DNA of 45,091 bases from Patescibacteria group bacterium. GTDB taxonomy: Bacteria; Patescibacteriota; Microgenomatia; UBA1400; PJMF01. The notes under the pieces were generated by a model. It was given only the letters and a program-made list of their open reading frames with translations, made no database searches and had not been told where the DNA came from. The stretch lies in NCBI GenBank assembly GCA_018816385.1, contig JAHIVK010000010.1:1-45091 (forward strand), written 5' to 3'. Positions 1 to 9,409 of this stretch are shown one piece after another; position 1 is the first letter of the stretch, and every line of letters begins with the position of its first letter. The position numbers and the translations under genes are program-made.

Positions 1-97
1 GGGGGAGAATGACAATGGGCGGGGGAGAATGACAATGGGCGGGGGAGAATGACAATGGGCGGGGGAGAATGACAATGGGCGGGGGAGAATGACAATT
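1..97. repeat. Tandem 20-bp repeat gggggagaatgacaatgggc, 4 full copies plus a diverged fifth, truncated by the window edge
   Basis: Direct reading. The units are contiguous with no spacers. The unit contains ggggagaatgac, which is the reverse complement of gtcattctcccc at 33405. Confidence 0.9.
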
Positions 98-130
98 AGA
101 ATGGATCTGTTTTCTGGTACAATTTGCTAG

Positions 131-2035
131 ATGTTAAATCCAGACGAACTCCGATTGGCCTACTTGAATTTTTTTGCCAAACGGCGACATGTTGTACTAC
201 CCTCTACCTCGTTGGTGCCGGAGAACGACCCCACCACCCTTTTTACCGGTTCCGGCATGCAACCTCTTTTGCCGTATTTGTTGGGTCAACCTCATCCTTT
301 GGGGACTCGGTTAGCCAACTCGCAAAAATGTTTTCGGTCTCAAGATATTGAAGACGTGGGAGACAATCGGCACACGACTTTTTTTGAAATGCTAGGTAAC
401 TGGTCATTGGGCGATTACTCCAAACAAGATCAACTAGGGTGGTTTTTTGAGTTTTTGACTTCGATCTTGAATCTGGATCCTCGCCGACTGTACGCCACTG
501 TCTATGGTGGCAGTGCCCAGTTTGGCATTGCTCGCGACGCAGAAACGGCTCAAATTTGGCAAGCATTGTTCCGGCAAAAAAACATCACCGCCCAGATAGT
601 TGATGACCACAGCCAAGATGTTTGGCAGGGTGACTCGACAGGTCGGATTGTCTACTACGATGCCAACTGGTGGTCCCGGGCCGGTGCGCCCAAAGTCATG
701 CCGGCAGGGGAACCGGGTGGGCCGGATAGTGAAGTTTTTTACGATTTTGGTTTGGAGGGGGGCGATCACGCCCAATCGGTTTGGCAAGATCAAGCCTGCC
801 ATCCCAACTGTGACTGCGGTCGTTTTCTGGAGATCGGTAACTCGGTTTTTATGGAGTATCAAAAGCAAGCTGATGGCTCGTTTATTAAACTGCCCAAACA
901 GAACATTGATTTTGGCGGTGGGTTTGAGCGTCTGTTGGCGGCTAGTGAAGATAATCCAGACGTATTTGCCACTCAATTGTTTTTACCCATTATTAAAGTG
1001 CTGGAACAGCTGTCGGGGGTTGAGTATAAGCCTGAATTGGTAAGCGCTGATGTCGGCAGTCAAAATCCTATGCCCACCAGAGCCATGCGGATTATAGCCG
1101 ACCATGTCAAAGCGACAGTCATGTTGGCGGCCGATGGGGTCTATCCGGGCAATAAGGACCGAGAGTACTTTGCCCGGCGACTGGTGAGAAGAGCCATCCG
1201 ATATGCTCATCAGTTGGGCATTAAAGATCACTTTATAGCCAAATTAGTGCCGGTGATTGGTCAAATCTATCATGTGGCTTATCCTGATGTTTTACAAAAA
1301 CAAGATCAGATTGCCCAAATTTTAGAGCGAGAAGAAAAAAAGTTTGCTTTGGCTCTCGAGAGAGGTTTAGAGCAGATAGCAAAAGTGTCCAAGTTGGATG
1401 AAGAGATAGCTTTTGATCTTTACCAAACTCATGGTTTCCCTTTTGAGTTATCTAGGGAGATAGCCAAAGAAAAAGGAGTTGAATTAAATAAAATAGTTTT
1501 CGAGCAAATCCGGTCAAAACAGCGAGCCGAATCTCGCCAAAAGTCAGCTGGGGTGTTCAAGGGTGGTCTGGCCGAAGCAGGAGAGCAAGCCACCAAGTAC
1601 CATACAGTGACTCATCTTTTGCATCAGGCTTTAAGGCAAGAGTTTGGGGAAAGCATCCGGCAGATGGGGTCCAACATTACTGCCGAAAGACTAAGGTTTG
1701 ACTTTGCTTTTGATCGAACTTTAACATCAGCAGAAAAAGCAAAAATCACTCAGTTGATTAATGGTTGGATAGGGGCTGATCTACCAGTCACAGGACAAAA
1801 TATGAGTAAAGAGCAAGCTTTATCCCAAGGAGCTTTGGCGTTTTTCAATGAAAAATATCCAGCTGAAGTTTCTGTTTTTACCATTGGCACAAACCCCAAT
1901 AAAGATTGGGTATCTAAAGAGCTATGCGGTGGTTCTCATGTCAAAAGAACTGGGGAACTCAAGCCGGTAGTCATCTTTAAGGATAAAGCTGTGGGAGTGG
2001 GAGTCAGACGCTTATATTTGAGAGAGCAGTCATGA
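131..2035 (+). CDS. alaS: Alanine--tRNA ligase, short form that ends after the editing domain
   Basis: N-terminus LRLAYLNFFAKRRH and FFEMLGNWSLGDY. Editing-domain motifs HTVTHLLHQAL and CGGSHV lie near the C-terminus. Confidence 0.93.
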   Translation: MLNPDELRLAYLNFFAKRRHVVLPSTSLVPENDPTTLFTGSGMQPLLPYLLGQPHPLGTRLANSQKCFRSQDIEDVGDNRHTTFFEMLGNWSLGDYSKQDQLGWFFEFLTSILNLDPRRLYATVYGGSAQFGIARDAETAQIWQALFRQKNITAQIVDDHSQDVWQGDSTGRIVYYDANWWSRAGAPKVMPAGEPGGPDSEVFYDFGLEGGDHAQSVWQDQACHPNCDCGRFLEIGNSVFMEYQKQADGSFIKLPKQNIDFGGGFERLLAASEDNPDVFATQLFLPIIKVLEQLSGVEYKPELVSADVGSQNPMPTRAMRIIADHVKATVMLAADGVYPGNKDREYFARRLVRRAIRYAHQLGIKDHFIAKLVPVIGQIYHVAYPDVLQKQDQIAQILEREEKKFALALERGLEQIAKVSKLDEEIAFDLYQTHGFPFELSREIAKEKGVELNKIVFEQIRSKQRAESRQKSAGVFKGGLAEAGEQATKYHTVTHLLHQALRQEFGESIRQMGSNITAERLRFDFAFDRTLTSAEKAKITQLINGWIGADLPVTGQNMSKEQALSQGALAFFNEKYPAEVSVFTIGTNPNKDWVSKELCGGSHVKRTGELKPVVIFKDKAVGVGVRRLYLREQS

Positions 2036-2117
2036 CTAGCTCTTGATTGGTTTTGCTCTTCCTCTTCCCTCAAGCCCCAGAATTTGCTTTAATGAAGTTA
2101 GCACCAGCTAAAATTTT

Positions 2118-4367
2118 ATGGAACTGCCAAACTTGTTTCAGCCATCGGTTAGTCCCGGACATCAACGTTTTATCTTTATCGTGATTTCTGAATCCTATGT
2201 CCAGTCATTTTTGGTGGGTTTGAGATCTAAGCCACCAGCCGAAATGATTAACCAATCCAGTCAATATGTCTTTACAGATCAGAAAAATCTCATCCTCAAA
2301 ACTGATGAGAGCTTGCGAGATTTGGGAGAAGAATCTGATGCCGTCACTCAAGTTGTGTTTGGATTGGACGAGACCTGGATCAATGGAGAAGGATTGTTGC
2401 CTCAGAAAAAAGCCCTCATTCAATCAATTGCCAGCGATTTATCTCTTGAAGCTAAAGGTTACTTGGTGAATAGTCAGGCATTACTGGATCACTATTTTCA
2501 AGCTAACAAGAGTATGTCTGGCTTGGTGATTTTAACTACTACCGAGGAGTTTCAATTTCAAGTTTTAGCTGATGGGCAAGTCGCAACTCAAGAAAGCATT
2601 GGTCGTTCTCAAGACATGCCGGCAGACATAGCCGAAGGTTTGGCCAGAGTCATTAAGTCAATTAGTGCTTCTGGGCAAGAACTGTCACCTAGGTTAATTT
2701 TAGCTTCTTTAAGTGATGCCAATTTATCTTTGGAAGAGTATCGACAACACCTATTGGGTTTGAATTGGGAGGAGTACCCGATTTTCTTTGGGGTTCCCAC
2801 CATTGAGTTAATTCCTCCTGATATATTTATTAAAATTATGGTTCAGAGAGCGGCGGTAGCAATTTTGGATTCTGGTTTGGTGTCACTAACGGTTGAAACA
2901 CCAGTCGCCGACGATTTTGCCAAGATTGATGAAAATGCTGGCGAGACAAATTCTTACTTCCCCAAATCGTTTGGGATTCCTATCGATCCACATCGCAACG
3001 TTGAACCCAGTCAACTGCCCAGTTTTGAGTCTAGTTCAGATCGCAGACAGTTACGGCCGACCAGTTCTGGGGTTCAATTAAATGGTAGTTTTAGGTCTAA
3101 AGTGGCAGGTTTATTGGGGAGTATGAAATCCAGACCAGTTGATCGTCAACTACCTTTTCAAACCCCAAAACCAAAGCAGAAATATCATCCTAAACCTTTT
3201 GTAGTTTTAGGGTTGGTATTAGGTATTTTGGTCTGGGGGATTGTAGCTTGGTGGTGGTTGATGAATAACACGCAGGTGATTGTAGAAATAGTTAGACAAG
3301 CCAAGCCTATTACTACAGAAATTACAGCCACTTTAGGTACCAAGACTGCTCAAACCGCTACCGGATACACTTTAGCCACTACTCCTTTGAGTTTAACCAT
3401 TGACCAATCTATTTCCCAGCAGACTACGGGTATAAAAGAAATTGGGGAAGTGGCCAAAGGCAGAACTATTATTTATAACGAAACTGAGTCTCAAAAAACT
3501 TTGGAAGCTGGCACAATTTTGACTCTTGATAATTTGGAATTTATTTTGGTTAATGATGTGACTTTGCCAGAAGCTATAGTCATTGAGGTAGATGAAAATG
3601 GCGATAAAATACAAAAAAAGACTTTTGGCAAAATTGAAGCCGATGTTGAAGCCGTGGCTTTTGGTGAAGATAGTAACATTGCCAAAGATAGTAAATTGTT
3701 GGTGGGTGATTTTAGTAATGATACTTATTCTGCCACTGCCTCGATTGATTTTACTGGTGGTTCAAGTCAAGAAGTGGCAGTGGTTGGTCAAGCCGATGTT
3801 GATAAACTGCTAAGTGATGTCAAAAAAGATGTCATCAGGGAAGCCAAACAACAACTACCGGATAAAATTGAAAAGGGTCAGTATTACACTGAACCCACCT
3901 TATCAAGCTTAACTACTTCAGAATATTCTGCCGAAGTTGGAGATGAAGCAGAATCAATTAAGTTGGATGTCACAGCTCAAGTTAAAACTCTGATTTATAC
4001 GGCTCAAGACATTGATAGTTTAGCCGAAAAAGTCTTGTTGGCCGAACTGCCTGATGGGTATGAACTGGATCAAAAAACTCCAGAGATTATGTCTTCTCCA
4101 ATTGAACCAGACGCCAAAGACCCCAAGGTTAAGGTTGATCAAATTTTAATTCAATTAAACAGTCAAGCCTTGCCACAACTTGATACCCAATCAATCAAAA
4201 GCAGTCTTTATGGCAAACCTGTGACCGAAGTAGTCTCAATTGTTTCTGGACGCAGTGACGTGGCATCTGCTAATGTCAGGTTAGAACCGCTTTTTGCCAA
4301 ATATATTTTTAAAAACCTGCCTGCTCAACCCGATCGTATTCAAATAATTTTAATGGATACCCCATGA
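2118..4367 (+). CDS. Hypothetical bitopic membrane protein, 749 aa, with a central TM helix
   Basis: Long uninterrupted ORF. Hydrophobic stretch PFVVLGLVLGILVWGIVAWWWL is preceded by a K/P-rich segment. Its stop overlaps the sortase start (ATGA). Confidence 0.6.
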   Translation: MELPNLFQPSVSPGHQRFIFIVISESYVQSFLVGLRSKPPAEMINQSSQYVFTDQKNLILKTDESLRDLGEESDAVTQVVFGLDETWINGEGLLPQKKALIQSIASDLSLEAKGYLVNSQALLDHYFQANKSMSGLVILTTTEEFQFQVLADGQVATQESIGRSQDMPADIAEGLARVIKSISASGQELSPRLILASLSDANLSLEEYRQHLLGLNWEEYPIFFGVPTIELIPPDIFIKIMVQRAAVAILDSGLVSLTVETPVADDFAKIDENAGETNSYFPKSFGIPIDPHRNVEPSQLPSFESSSDRRQLRPTSSGVQLNGSFRSKVAGLLGSMKSRPVDRQLPFQTPKPKQKYHPKPFVVLGLVLGILVWGIVAWWWLMNNTQVIVEIVRQAKPITTEITATLGTKTAQTATGYTLATTPLSLTIDQSISQQTTGIKEIGEVAKGRTIIYNETESQKTLEAGTILTLDNLEFILVNDVTLPEAIVIEVDENGDKIQKKTFGKIEADVEAVAFGEDSNIAKDSKLLVGDFSNDTYSATASIDFTGGSSQEVAVVGQADVDKLLSDVKKDVIREAKQQLPDKIEKGQYYTEPTLSSLTTSEYSAEVGDEAESIKLDVTAQVKTLIYTAQDIDSLAEKVLLAELPDGYELDQKTPEIMSSPIEPDAKDPKVKVDQILIQLNSQALPQLDTQSIKSSLYGKPVTEVVSIVSGRSDVASANVRLEPLFAKYIFKNLPAQPDRIQIILMDTP

Positions 4368-5311
4368 GTGGATCCAACTTTCAAACCGATTTAGTGGCTT
4401 TATATAGGAAGGCAATTTCAAGTGGCTTGAGTCTGGATGAAGTTAGACACAAAATAGAACGTCATGTAGCTAGACTGCAAACCACTAATTTACTTGAAGC
4501 TGAGCGAGCTCAGACTAGAAAAAAACAGCAGCGAGCGACCATCCCCAGAGCTATTCGTTGGGGAGCCATTCTGATTCCAGTGGTTTTTATTGGTGTGGGT
4601 TTTTACTTGGTTGGCAGTGCGGTTATGCCGATCTTGGGTTACTATGTGGCGCCACCTGAGCATACTAATCAGAATAAACTGACATCTCCCATTCCAGAGG
4701 ATGAAGTTTTGGATGTCACACCTTTGGTTATCACTCAAACTCAGACTACTAATCAGTTGCCAAACACGCCTCCTTTGGTGATTGATGAAACACTGGATTA
4801 CACTAATCTGGTTAACTGGTTTGATGCCGAAACGATGTCGGGTCTTGTTTTGGAAGATAAAAGCCAGGTGGGAGATAGGGTCGGCACAGAGTATCAGTTG
4901 GATATTCCCGCTCTCAATTTAGAAAATGTGATGGTCAAAGTGGGTGGCAGTCAATTGGATAAAAACTTGGTCGCTTATCCAGGTACAGCTTTGCCAGGAG
5001 AGTACGGCGCTCCAGTTATTTTTGGTCACTCCATCTTGAGACAATTTTATAACCCCAGTCCCAAAAACCCCAGACGATATATGTCAGTTTTTAGTACCAT
5101 CATGACTTTGAAAGTCGGCGATAAGATCTTCTTAACTTATGATGACGTCAAGTACACATACATGGTTCAAAGCAAGAAAGAAGTTCAACCCACAGATGTG
5201 CAAATTTTAACTCAACAGTATGATGCCAGGCGATTGAAGTTGGTAACTTGTGTTCCTGAAGGCACTTATTTAAGGCGGGGCGTGGTGACAGCCCAACTGG
5301 TAACTGAATAG
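4364..5311 (+). CDS. Sortase family transpeptidase with an N-terminal TM anchor
   Basis: Catalytic signature LKLVTCVPEG (TLxTC-type Cys), upstream His in VIFGHSIL, downstream Arg in YLRRG. Confidence 0.85.
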   Translation: MSGSNFQTDLVALYRKAISSGLSLDEVRHKIERHVARLQTTNLLEAERAQTRKKQQRATIPRAIRWGAILIPVVFIGVGFYLVGSAVMPILGYYVAPPEHTNQNKLTSPIPEDEVLDVTPLVITQTQTTNQLPNTPPLVIDETLDYTNLVNWFDAETMSGLVLEDKSQVGDRVGTEYQLDIPALNLENVMVKVGGSQLDKNLVAYPGTALPGEYGAPVIFGHSILRQFYNPSPKNPRRYMSVFSTIMTLKVGDKIFLTYDDVKYTYMVQSKKEVQPTDVQILTQQYDARRLKLVTCVPEGTYLRRGVVTAQLVTE

Positions 5312-5350
5312 ACTTGTAGCGAAAGTTGTGCTTATTTCGCTACAAGTCTA
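5309..5350. repeat. Minimal hairpin member of the tagacttgtagcgaaa TIR family
   Basis: tagacttgtagcgaaa / tttcgctacaagtcta are perfect 16-nt complementary arms around a 10-nt loop. The position is right after the sortase stop. Confidence 0.85.
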
Positions 5351-5379
5351 AGAAAAAGTCGGGTAAAATAACTAAACTT

Positions 5380-5766
5380 ATGAATCCAGTTCCTAAAACT
5401 CTTGGTCTTGATTTTGGCGTCCGACGGATTGGGGTGGCTGTTTCCCAGTCATCCCTAGTTGAACCATTGGTGACTTTGATTAATTCACCTCAAGTGATGG
5501 ATCAGATACTGGCTTTGTGCGGTCAGCATGGGATTCGGCAGATAGTGGTGGGAGTGTCTGAAGGTATATCAGCTCGGCGAACTCACGACTTTATCACCAA
5601 ACTCAAATCAGTGACTCAACTGCCAATTTTTACGACTGATGAAACTTTAAGTACTAAGGAAGCTAGAGCTAAACTCAAAGAAGCCGGCCGGCGGATTAAA
5701 CCCGGTGAACCGGTTGATCACTACGCGGCGGCTTTAATTCTTGAAAGTTGGTTAGTAGACCTGTAA
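5380..5766 (+). CDS. ruvX: Putative pre-16S rRNA nuclease / Holliday junction resolvase-like protein YqgF
   Basis: LGLDFGVRRIGVAVS N-terminal motif. I moved the start to the ATG at 5380 because the tracked start at 5326 lies inside the hairpin repeat. Confidence 0.85.
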   Translation: MNPVPKTLGLDFGVRRIGVAVSQSSLVEPLVTLINSPQVMDQILALCGQHGIRQIVVGVSEGISARRTHDFITKLKSVTQLPIFTTDETLSTKEARAKLKEAGRRIKPGEPVDHYAAALILESWLVDL

Positions 5767-5791
5767 AAAGGTTGGTCAATCAATTAAAAAT

Positions 5792-5815
5792 CATTTCGTT
5801 GACATCAACGAAATG
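5792..5815. terminator. Perfect 10-bp stem hairpin catttcgttg-acat-caacgaaatg downstream of ruvX
   Basis: Seen directly. There is no clear T-tract, so terminator function is uncertain. Confidence 0.35.
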
Positions 5816-5959
5816 GTCGCACTGGATCAGTATTTATCAAAAAATTACCTCAAAAAAATTTACTTGACTTGATGTTTCTAGCTAACGAAAACTGTTATAC
5901 TGTCATTTCATGAAACCTATTAAATTTACCACATTTGTAATTTTGAAAATTCACCGAAT

Positions 5960-6982
5960 TTGTTGTGCGCGAACTATAACTGCTATACTCAGCTAGTTGT
6001 GCTTAAGTCCAAACTAATTTTAATCATTGTCAGTTTGTTGGCAGGTTTACTGGCGCTAGGGGCTGGAGTAATCTGGCAGTTACTGCAACCTGTGAATCCA
6101 TCAGCTCAAACTCCCCAAAAATTTGTCGTGGCTAAAGGCGAGTCAATTTCTTCGATTGGCGACAAATTGACCCAGACCGGTTTACTGCGCCATCCTTTGG
6201 TTTTTAGAGGCGCTGTTTACTATCTACAAAACTCTTGGACAACAACTGGCACATCAATTCAGGCTGGTTCGTTTGAGTTGTCGCCGGCCATGAATATTTG
6301 GCAGATTGTCAAACGCTTGACACAGGGCAGTGATGATGTTTGGCTGACCCTGCTTGAGGGGTGGCGAGTGGAAGAGATAGCCCAAGTCGCCCAAAACAAA
6401 TTAACCAACTTTTCTGTGCCAGACTTTTTAGATCTGGCTCGACCTTTGGAGGGCCAGCTCTTTCCCGATACCTACTTGGTGCCTTTGGAGTTTTCTCCCG
6501 ATCAACTGACAACTTTACTCACCACCACATTTGAGAAAAAAGTGACAACCGGGTTGGCAGAGGAGATAGCCGGATCGGACCGACCGTTGGAGGAAGTGAT
6601 CATTCTGGCTTCTTTGGTAGAACGCGAAGCCCGGGGCTACGACCAGATGAGACAGGTGGCGGGCGTGCTTGAACACCGGTTAAAGATCGGCATGGCTTTG
6701 CAAGTGGATGCCACGCTTCAATATGCCAAGGGCCCCAGTACCCAAGGTGAGTGGTGGGCGCCACCCTTAGTTGGGGACAAAAAAATCGTGTCTCCATACA
6801 ATACTTATTTGCATCCAGGCTTACCGCCCAGGCCCATTTGTAACCCTGGCTTGGAGGCGATTCGAGCAGTCCTCAATCCAATTGAAACCGACAATCTTTA
6901 CTACCTGCACGCTCCTGATGGCCAAATCTACTTTGCCCAAACGCTGGAAGAGCATAATCGCAATGTTGCCAAGTATCTATAA
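5960..6982 (+). CDS. mltG: Endolytic murein transglycosylase, YceG/MltG family
   Basis: N-terminal TM segment, LASLVEREA and YNTYLHPGLPPRPICNPG motifs. The exact start is uncertain (non-ATG start in the track). Confidence 0.88.
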   Translation: MLCANYNCYTQLVVLKSKLILIIVSLLAGLLALGAGVIWQLLQPVNPSAQTPQKFVVAKGESISSIGDKLTQTGLLRHPLVFRGAVYYLQNSWTTTGTSIQAGSFELSPAMNIWQIVKRLTQGSDDVWLTLLEGWRVEEIAQVAQNKLTNFSVPDFLDLARPLEGQLFPDTYLVPLEFSPDQLTTLLTTTFEKKVTTGLAEEIAGSDRPLEEVIILASLVEREARGYDQMRQVAGVLEHRLKIGMALQVDATLQYAKGPSTQGEWWAPPLVGDKKIVSPYNTYLHPGLPPRPICNPGLEAIRAVLNPIETDNLYYLHAPDGQIYFAQTLEEHNRNVAKYL

Positions 6983-7067
6983 ACTGTATTAAAATAACTT
7001 TTAGTTATTGTGAAATAGAAAAGTAGTATCAGATAATACTAAGCGAAAGCCTTAGTTGAAAGGAAAA

Positions 7068-7376
7068 ATGGCAGAACAGCAAACGATGTCAAAAGAAGAA
7101 TACGTAAAACATGAAGAAAGATTGAAAGTTATTGAACGGGCGATAAGCCAAGCAATACATAATAGGCCAGAGTTGTTTGAAAGGGTCGCGTTAGATCATT
7201 GGGATAGAGACCCCAATACTGAAAAAGGGACGGATTCTGAACGTCACGCGGGAGGAAGCAGACTAGACATAGCTCTAAATAATGCCCAAGCGACACTTGA
7301 AGCGGAGCTTGGAAACTCATGGTCACAAATGGAATTGACTGCCGCCAGTCAGATGCTATCTGGTAAAGTGGTTTAA
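7068..7376 (+). CDS. Hypothetical protein
   Basis: ORF with its ATG preceded by aaaggaaaa. No recognisable motif. Confidence 0.4.
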   Translation: MAEQQTMSKEEYVKHEERLKVIERAISQAIHNRPELFERVALDHWDRDPNTEKGTDSERHAGGSRLDIALNNAQATLEAELGNSWSQMELTAASQMLSGKVV

Positions 7377-7399
7377 TTAAGGTATACTTTTAACTAAAT

Positions 7400-7564
7400 T
7401 AGACTTGTCGCGAAATAAGAAGTGAGTTAATTATGGATAGATTTTATAGCATTTTCGTTGATTCTGATGACGATAGTAGCCTCAGCTACTTGAGGAAGAA
7501 GAAGCAAAGAAAATGCATAAAAGATGCCATAAGTAGCCATTGCCCTTATTTCGCGACAAGTCTA
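7400..7564 (+). mobile_element. MITE-like element, full-length copy A (165 bp) with 19-20 bp terminal inverted repeats
   Basis: Ends are tagacttgtcgcgaaataag ... cttatttcgcgacaagtcta. The interior matches the reverse complement of 28148..28312 at roughly nine-tenths identity by eye. Confidence 0.85.
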
Positions 7565-7579
7565 GTCTATTAAGCAGTT

Positions 7580-8704
7580 ATGAAAATATTAATATCCGGC
7601 GGACATTTAACTCCTGCTTTGGCACTGATTGATTATGTGAAGCTAAATAAACCACAAATCGAGTTAGCTTTTGCGGGAAGACTATATTCCCAATCTGGCA
7701 GAAGCCAAAGATCTAGAGAACAGCAAGAGATTAAAAAACGCCAAATTGCTTTTTTCTCCCTGCATGCCGTTCGATTCGCCAATATTGATTTTTGGCTTCT
7801 GCCCCTGAGTCTGCCTCAATTTTTCTGGAGCCTAATTCAAGCTCAAGTCATCTTTGGTAAAACCAAACCTGACATTTTTCTTTCCTTTGGTGGTTATCTA
7901 GCAGTACCTTTGGCCTTGATTGCCAAGCTCAAGGGCATCCCCATTATTACTCATGAACAAACCACCAAATTAGGTTTAGCTAATCAATTAATTTCCAGAA
8001 TGGCTGTCAAAACAGCTGTTTCTTATACCCAAACTTTATGTCAAATACCCAAAAAAAAGGGTGTCTTAACTGGTAACCCTATGCGAGCCGAAATCCTTTT
8101 AGATCAACCCCAACCTGAGTTTTTGCCACAGGTTGACAAACCTGTCATCTATGTGACTGGCGGTAGCCTAGGTTCAGAAATTATCAATACCACACTGGCC
8201 CAAATTTTGCCTCAACTTTTGAAAAAATACATTGTGATTCATCAGTGTGGACCAGCCACCAAGCATAGAAGTTATGCTGGAGAATTAGATCGTTTAGTCA
8301 ACCAACTGCCCAAACCACACCAACAAAGATATTTTGTGCGTGATTGGATCGAATCAGCCGACTTAGCTTGGATTTATCGACATGCCAGTTGCGTCGTATC
8401 CAGAGCTGGTGCCAATACCACCTTAGAACTTAAACAGACAGCCACACCTTGCGTTTTAATTCCTTTGCCTTTTGCCTACAACGACGAACAACTCAAAAAT
8501 GCCAAGGATTTGGCTAGAACAGGTGGCTGTTTAATTATTGAACAACGCCAACTAGGTTCTCAAATGCTTTTTGAGGCAATCCAACAAGTCATTCAACATC
8601 ACTATCAATACCACCAAAAAATGCTGGCTAATGCTGTCAAGACACAATTGGCTACCCAAGCCTTGCTGGAAGTGGTTGAAGGTGTAGTCAATGATAAATC
8701 TTAA
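7580..8704 (+). CDS. murG: UDP-N-acetylglucosamine--N-acetylmuramyl-(pentapeptide) pyrophosphoryl-undecaprenol N-acetylglucosamine transferase
   Basis: ISGGHLTPALA, GGSLGS and SRAGANTTLEL motifs. Position is upstream of ftsQ/ftsA. Confidence 0.9.
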   Translation: MKILISGGHLTPALALIDYVKLNKPQIELAFAGRLYSQSGRSQRSREQQEIKKRQIAFFSLHAVRFANIDFWLLPLSLPQFFWSLIQAQVIFGKTKPDIFLSFGGYLAVPLALIAKLKGIPIITHEQTTKLGLANQLISRMAVKTAVSYTQTLCQIPKKKGVLTGNPMRAEILLDQPQPEFLPQVDKPVIYVTGGSLGSEIINTTLAQILPQLLKKYIVIHQCGPATKHRSYAGELDRLVNQLPKPHQQRYFVRDWIESADLAWIYRHASCVVSRAGANTTLELKQTATPCVLIPLPFAYNDEQLKNAKDLARTGGCLIIEQRQLGSQMLFEAIQQVIQHHYQYHQKMLANAVKTQLATQALLEVVEGVVNDKS

Positions 8705-9386
8705 TCGATCGGCTTGGCCAATTCGCTTAGTCCGGTGGGGAAGTTTAATTAGTTTGTTGGCAGTGATTGGGCAAACAATCTTAGCGGTTGGTCAAATTGA
8801 GTGTAGTCTGTCGTCTGGCGAGGCTTGTTCCAATCAAACACTTGTGACCTTAAACCAAATTAAGGGTCAACCACTTCTGTTTAATAACTTAGAACAGAAA
8901 ATTAACCAGCTTGAATTCACCCACCCTGTCCAAGCTCAAGTAGTTAGTAAACGTTTGCCTCAAACTCTGACTCTCAAACTGACTCAAGAACCAGGACTCT
9001 ACCAGGTCAATCAAAGTGACTATTTGATCACCCAATCAGGCTTTGTTTTTCAGTCCAGTACTCAAATGGCTGTGCCTGTAGATCTACCCCAAACTATATT
9101 TGATCAACGGATCCTTGACATGTCTGTCCACCAATCGCTAGTTAAATTAATTAATAGTCTCGACAGACACCAGATTCAACCTGAGGCTATTGGGTGGCAG
9201 TCATCAGAAGAAATAATTCTCAAATTAACCAATGGACTTGAAGCAATTGTTAATTCTGATGGGGTAGAAACATCTGGAGAAAAATTAGACTTAATTCTTA
9301 ATTCAGAAGTATTAGATAATCTAAACTTCAACCAAACTCAATTAGATCTCAGGTTTAAATTGCCAGTACTACGCAAGACCAGTTGA
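8691..9386 (+). CDS. ftsQ: Cell division protein, FtsQ/DivIB-like
   Basis: One N-terminal TM segment, about 230 aa, located between murG and ftsA. Call rests on synteny, with no strong motif. Confidence 0.55.
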   Translation: MINLNRSAWPIRLVRWGSLISLLAVIGQTILAVGQIECSLSSGEACSNQTLVTLNQIKGQPLLFNNLEQKINQLEFTHPVQAQVVSKRLPQTLTLKLTQEPGLYQVNQSDYLITQSGFVFQSSTQMAVPVDLPQTIFDQRILDMSVHQSLVKLINSLDRHQIQPEAIGWQSSEEIILKLTNGLEAIVNSDGVETSGEKLDLILNSEVLDNLNFNQTQLDLRFKLPVLRKTS

Positions 9387-9409
9387 GTTTGGTATGCTAG
9401 TAGCAGTTT

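Noticed and set aside
1-97. The tandem arrays at 1-97, 29822-29919 and 34257-34340 as possible CRISPR arrays
   Set aside because: The units are directly contiguous with no unique spacers, are only 16-28 bp long, and no cas genes are present.
434-1231. Antisense and off-frame ORFs inside alaS. The same applies to those inside ftsZ (19372-20195), the DGR target (13841-15079), the TGase-vWA gene (17224-17730), ileS and others.
   Set aside because: These are shadow ORFs within genes that have strong motif support on the other strand or frame.
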